A DNA stretch of 64,000 nt from an uncultured Methanosarcinales archaeon (GTDB taxonomy: Archaea > Nanobdellota > Nanobdellia > Woesearchaeales > GW2011-AR15), in NCBI GenBank assembly GCA_964512765.1, contig CAZEKF010000003.1, positions 5,249 through 69,248 of the forward strand. Reading direction: 5' to 3'. The notes below the pieces were generated by a model. It was given only the letters and a program-made list of their open reading frames with translations, searched no databases and had not been told where the DNA came from. Every line of letters begins with the position of its first letter. Position 1 is the first letter of the stretch. Position numbers and translations under genes: made by a program. This document shows positions 61,390-64,000 of the stretch, piece after piece.

Positions 61390-63126
61390 TTATGTTCTTA
61401 AGTTATGTCTTCTGTTTATTAAAAAGTTTCCCATGATTAAATAATCTATTTCAGTTTTTTTCATACATTTCATAGCGTCATTAGGTGTGCAAACAATAGG
61501 TTCTCCTCTTACGTTAAAAGAAGTGTTTATTAAAATTGGAATCCCTGAGAATCTTCCAAACTCTTTTATTAAATCATAATACAATGGATTTTGTTCTCTT
61601 TTTATTGTTTGCAATCTACCAGTACCATCAACATGCGTAACACTTGGTAATTTAGTATGATATTTTTTCTTAATAGGATATACCATTAACATGTAATCTG
61701 TAGGTTCTGGAACAGGTTTATCTGTTTCAAAATATTTACTAGCATCTTCATAACAAACCACAGGTGCAAACGGTCTAAAAGATTCCCTGTGTTTAACTTT
61801 TTCATTTAAAATGTCCCGCATCTTTTGGTTACAAGGATTTGCCAAAATGCTTCTGTTGCCCAATGCTCTAGGTCCATATTCCATTCTATCTTGGAACCAT
61901 GCAATAATTTTATTTTTATAGATTATCTCTGCTGTTGTTTTAATTAATTCTTGATCTGTTCTAAATTCTTGATATTTCACATTGTTTTTTTCTAATAAGG
62001 TTTTAATGTCATCATTGTCAAATCCCGGGCCTAAGTACGGGTTACTAAAACAAGATGTTCTCTTTTTTCCTAATATAGAATGATAAACATAAGCTGCTAC
62101 ACCAACACTAGTTCCTCCATCTCCTGGATCAGGTTGTATCCACACGTTCTTGAATGGAGTATTCTTTAGAACTTTCCCATTAGCAACACTGTTCAAGCTA
62201 CAACCTCCTGACAATACTAAGTTTTTGCATTTAGTCTTAGAATAAACATGGTTAAATATTTTAAACAAAGTTTCTTCATAAATCATTTGCAAGGCTGCTG
62301 CTAAATCTTTATGTTTTTGTTTAATTGACTCTCCAAATTTTCTTTCACATCCTAATAACTTGACTAGTTTTTTTGAATACATTGTGTCTTTGTAATGATA
62401 AACAAAATAATCCATGTTTAACCTGTAACTACCGTCATCTTTAATGTCAATAATCTTCCTTAATTTATGATAAAATTTGTTTGATTTAGTATTGTTACCA
62501 TATGCTGCTAACCCCATTACTTTGTACTCTGAATTATTAACTTTAAAACCTAAAAACGCAGTTATTGTAGAATATAATAATCCAAGTGAAGAAGGAAACT
62601 CTATCTTTTTCTTTAACTTAATATTATTTCCATCACCAATTCCGTAAACTGTTGTTGTCCATTCACCAACACCGTCTATGGATAATATTGCTGCTTTATC
62701 AAACGGACTCAATAAAAATGAAGATGCATGCGCTAAATGATGTTCAATAAAAAAAACATCTTTCTTATACTTTAATTTTTTTTTAATTGTTTTTAATATT
62801 CTTAACTTATCGTTTATCCAGGACGGCATTGAACTAACAAATGTCTTTAAACTTAACGGAAACAGTTCAAGATGTTGAAATAAAACACGCTCAAATTTTA
62901 GTAAAGGTTTTTCATAAAAGCCAATATGGTCAATTTCATTGATTGTAATATTTCGAGAATCTAAACAATATTCAATTGCATTAATTGGAAAAGAAAAATC
63001 ATGCTTTTTTCTTGTAAACCGTTCTTCCTGAGCTGCTGCTACTATTTCTCCGTTTTTCAACAATGCAGCTGACGCGTCATGATAATAGCAGCTTATCCCT
63101 AACACATACATTTTTTGTTTCCTCAA
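61390..63126 (-). CDS. carbamoyltransferase (NodU/CmcH family)
   Basis: Motifs VLGISCYYHDASAALLKNGEIVAAAQEERFTRKKHD, EHHLAHASSF, GPRALGNRSI and NTSFNVRGEPIV. 578 aa. Confidence 0.9.
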   Translation of the reverse strand: MRKQKMYVLGISCYYHDASAALLKNGEIVAAAQEERFTRKKHDFSFPINAIEYCLDSRNITINEIDHIGFYEKPLLKFERVLFQHLELFPLSLKTFVSSMPSWINDKLRILKTIKKKLKYKKDVFFIEHHLAHASSFLLSPFDKAAILSIDGVGEWTTTVYGIGDGNNIKLKKKIEFPSSLGLLYSTITAFLGFKVNNSEYKVMGLAAYGNNTKSNKFYHKLRKIIDIKDDGSYRLNMDYFVYHYKDTMYSKKLVKLLGCERKFGESIKQKHKDLAAALQMIYEETLFKIFNHVYSKTKCKNLVLSGGCSLNSVANGKVLKNTPFKNVWIQPDPGDGGTSVGVAAYVYHSILGKKRTSCFSNPYLGPGFDNDDIKTLLEKNNVKYQEFRTDQELIKTTAEIIYKNKIIAWFQDRMEYGPRALGNRSILANPCNQKMRDILNEKVKHRESFRPFAPVVCYEDASKYFETDKPVPEPTDYMLMVYPIKKKYHTKLPSVTHVDGTGRLQTIKREQNPLYYDLIKEFGRFSGIPILINTSFNVRGEPIVCTPNDAMKCMKKTEIDYLIMGNFLINRRHNLRT

Positions 63127-63356
63127 AATTGTCTATAATATGATTCTTTTTTATGCGGTTTAACATCTGACCAGTAACTTTGTTTTTTTTTGAAGATTTT
63201 ATAATCTAAAAACTGTTTCTTGAACAATTTAGCAATCAATGATGTTAAACCAATACCTAACAAATAAACAGGCAATAGTAAAACAAAGTTAACAATTTTA
63301 CTGACAAATTCTCCTAATTGTTTTATTACTTTAACAAAATCTGCAATAAATTTCAT
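63123..63356 (-). CDS. small membrane protein (possibly an SxtJ-like fragment) upstream of the carbamoyltransferase
   Basis: 77 aa with one hydrophobic helix (IVNFVLLLPVYLLGIGLTSLIA) and a basic tail. 4-nt overlap with the downstream gene. Confidence 0.4.
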   Translation of the reverse strand: MKFIADFVKVIKQLGEFVSKIVNFVLLLPVYLLGIGLTSLIAKLFKKQFLDYKIFKKKQSYWSDVKPHKKESYYRQF

Positions 63357-63359
63357 TTT

Positions 63360-64000
63360 CTAAAGATAACTTTCGGGTTCATTATATTGGAACTTAACAA
63401 CAGGTTTATTGTTTTTTAAAGTTATATGCCAACTATCAATTTTAAATGGTTGTGAATTTGCTCCGTTAACAAACCAGTTCCTGATAACAATCTTTGATTC
63501 CTTTGGAACTTTAATTGTAATTTCACTAAAATCATTAAACTGTGGAAATCCAAACATTCCTGTTTGTTTTGCAAACTCTCTTGCTTCTGGATAAAAAATA
63601 TAGTGAATAGAATTAATTTTCCTGAACCCGAATTCATCCTCACCATAACTAATAAATGAGTTCAAATCAAGATAAATTTCGTTCAAGAAAACAGTATCAG
63701 GAAAATTTGGAAATATTATTAAAGGCAACAGTTCATTTTGCCAGTCAACGTTAAACTCTTTATAATATACGTCTAACAATTCTTCTTTGTTTGACAAATC
63801 AAGGAACAAGTTATCCTCTTTATCTACTATTGAAACAGAGTTATCTAAATCAGTAACTAGTTTATCAATATTTATTTTTAAAGTGACAAATTCATTAGCA
63901 TTAATATCTGGCAATTCAGGTTTCTGTATTTTCACATTATTTTCTTCAACATAACCTAAAACACTCTGTCTGTTAAAAATATTATAAATAACTGCTTGCT
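63360..64000 (-). CDS. hypothetical protein, start possibly beyond the window end
   Basis: The track start at 63935 is a GTG. The same frame stays open on the minus strand up to base 63998, at the window edge. No recognisable motifs. Confidence 0.4.
   Translation of the reverse strand, partial: QAVIYNIFNRQSVLGYVEENNVKIQKPELPDINANEFVTLKINIDKLVTDLDNSVSIVDKEDNLFLDLSNKEELLDVYYKEFNVDWQNELLPLIIFPNFPDTVFLNEIYLDLNSFISYGEDEFGFRKINSIHYIFYPEAREFAKQTGMFGFPQFNDFSEITIKVPKESKIVIRNWFVNGANSQPFKIDSWHITLKNNKPVVKFQYNEPESYL

Noticed and set aside
1-64000. Mobile element, genomic-island boundaries, tRNA/rRNA genes.
   Set aside because: No integrase, transposase or recombinase motifs are present in any ORF. I noticed no terminal inverted or direct repeats flanking the region. 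The few spacers longer than 100 nt are AT-rich and lack the GC-rich stems expected of tRNAs or other structured RNAs. This was a by-eye scan only; tRNAscan or Infernal would be decisive.

Overview
This is a very AT-rich, densely packed prokaryotic window. It holds 57 genes under the standard code, with short or overlapping junctions. By eye I found no rRNA, tRNA, CRISPR array, transposase or integrase. The background is a cell-envelope and glycan-modification island. It encodes five GT2 and one GT4 glycosyltransferases, an SDR sugar epimerase, two CE4 polysaccharide deacetylases and two NodU/CmcH-type carbamoyltransferases. It also encodes an SGNH hydrolase, an FGE-sulfatase-domain protein, several large polytopic (GT-C/YfhO-like) membrane proteins and seven membrane-anchored TPR proteins that share a conserved CPY-x-GLG C-terminal module. 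The outstanding feature is radical SAM (rSAM) density: 22 rSAM-type ORFs carrying 23 modules in 64 kb. The core is a 17-kb array of 15 same-strand, tightly coupled genes (12057-29231). These are paralogous rSAM enzymes, mostly 326-367 aa, with a truncated SPASM/twitch-like C-terminal Cys pattern. The array includes a fused two-module protein, an intact but Cys-less pseudo-rSAM, and a recent tandem duplicate containing a 103-nt perfectly identical tract. Two more family members lie outside the array: 34115-35197, and a start-less, frameshifted pseudogene at 41767-42818. There is also one unrelated SPASM rSAM and four B12-binding rSAMs. I found no precursor-peptide gene and no RRE-like domain, so the array does not fit a described RiPP or cofactor pathway; its substrate is unknown. 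Candidates encoded in the window are the glycan or lipid-linked sugar, the CPY-GLG TPR proteins, and a secreted protein made of ten C-x10-11-C pairs. The source organism cannot be assigned from this window. Weak promoter-geometry hints point to a low-GC uncultivated archaeon (DPANN-like), but some gene content looks bacterial.
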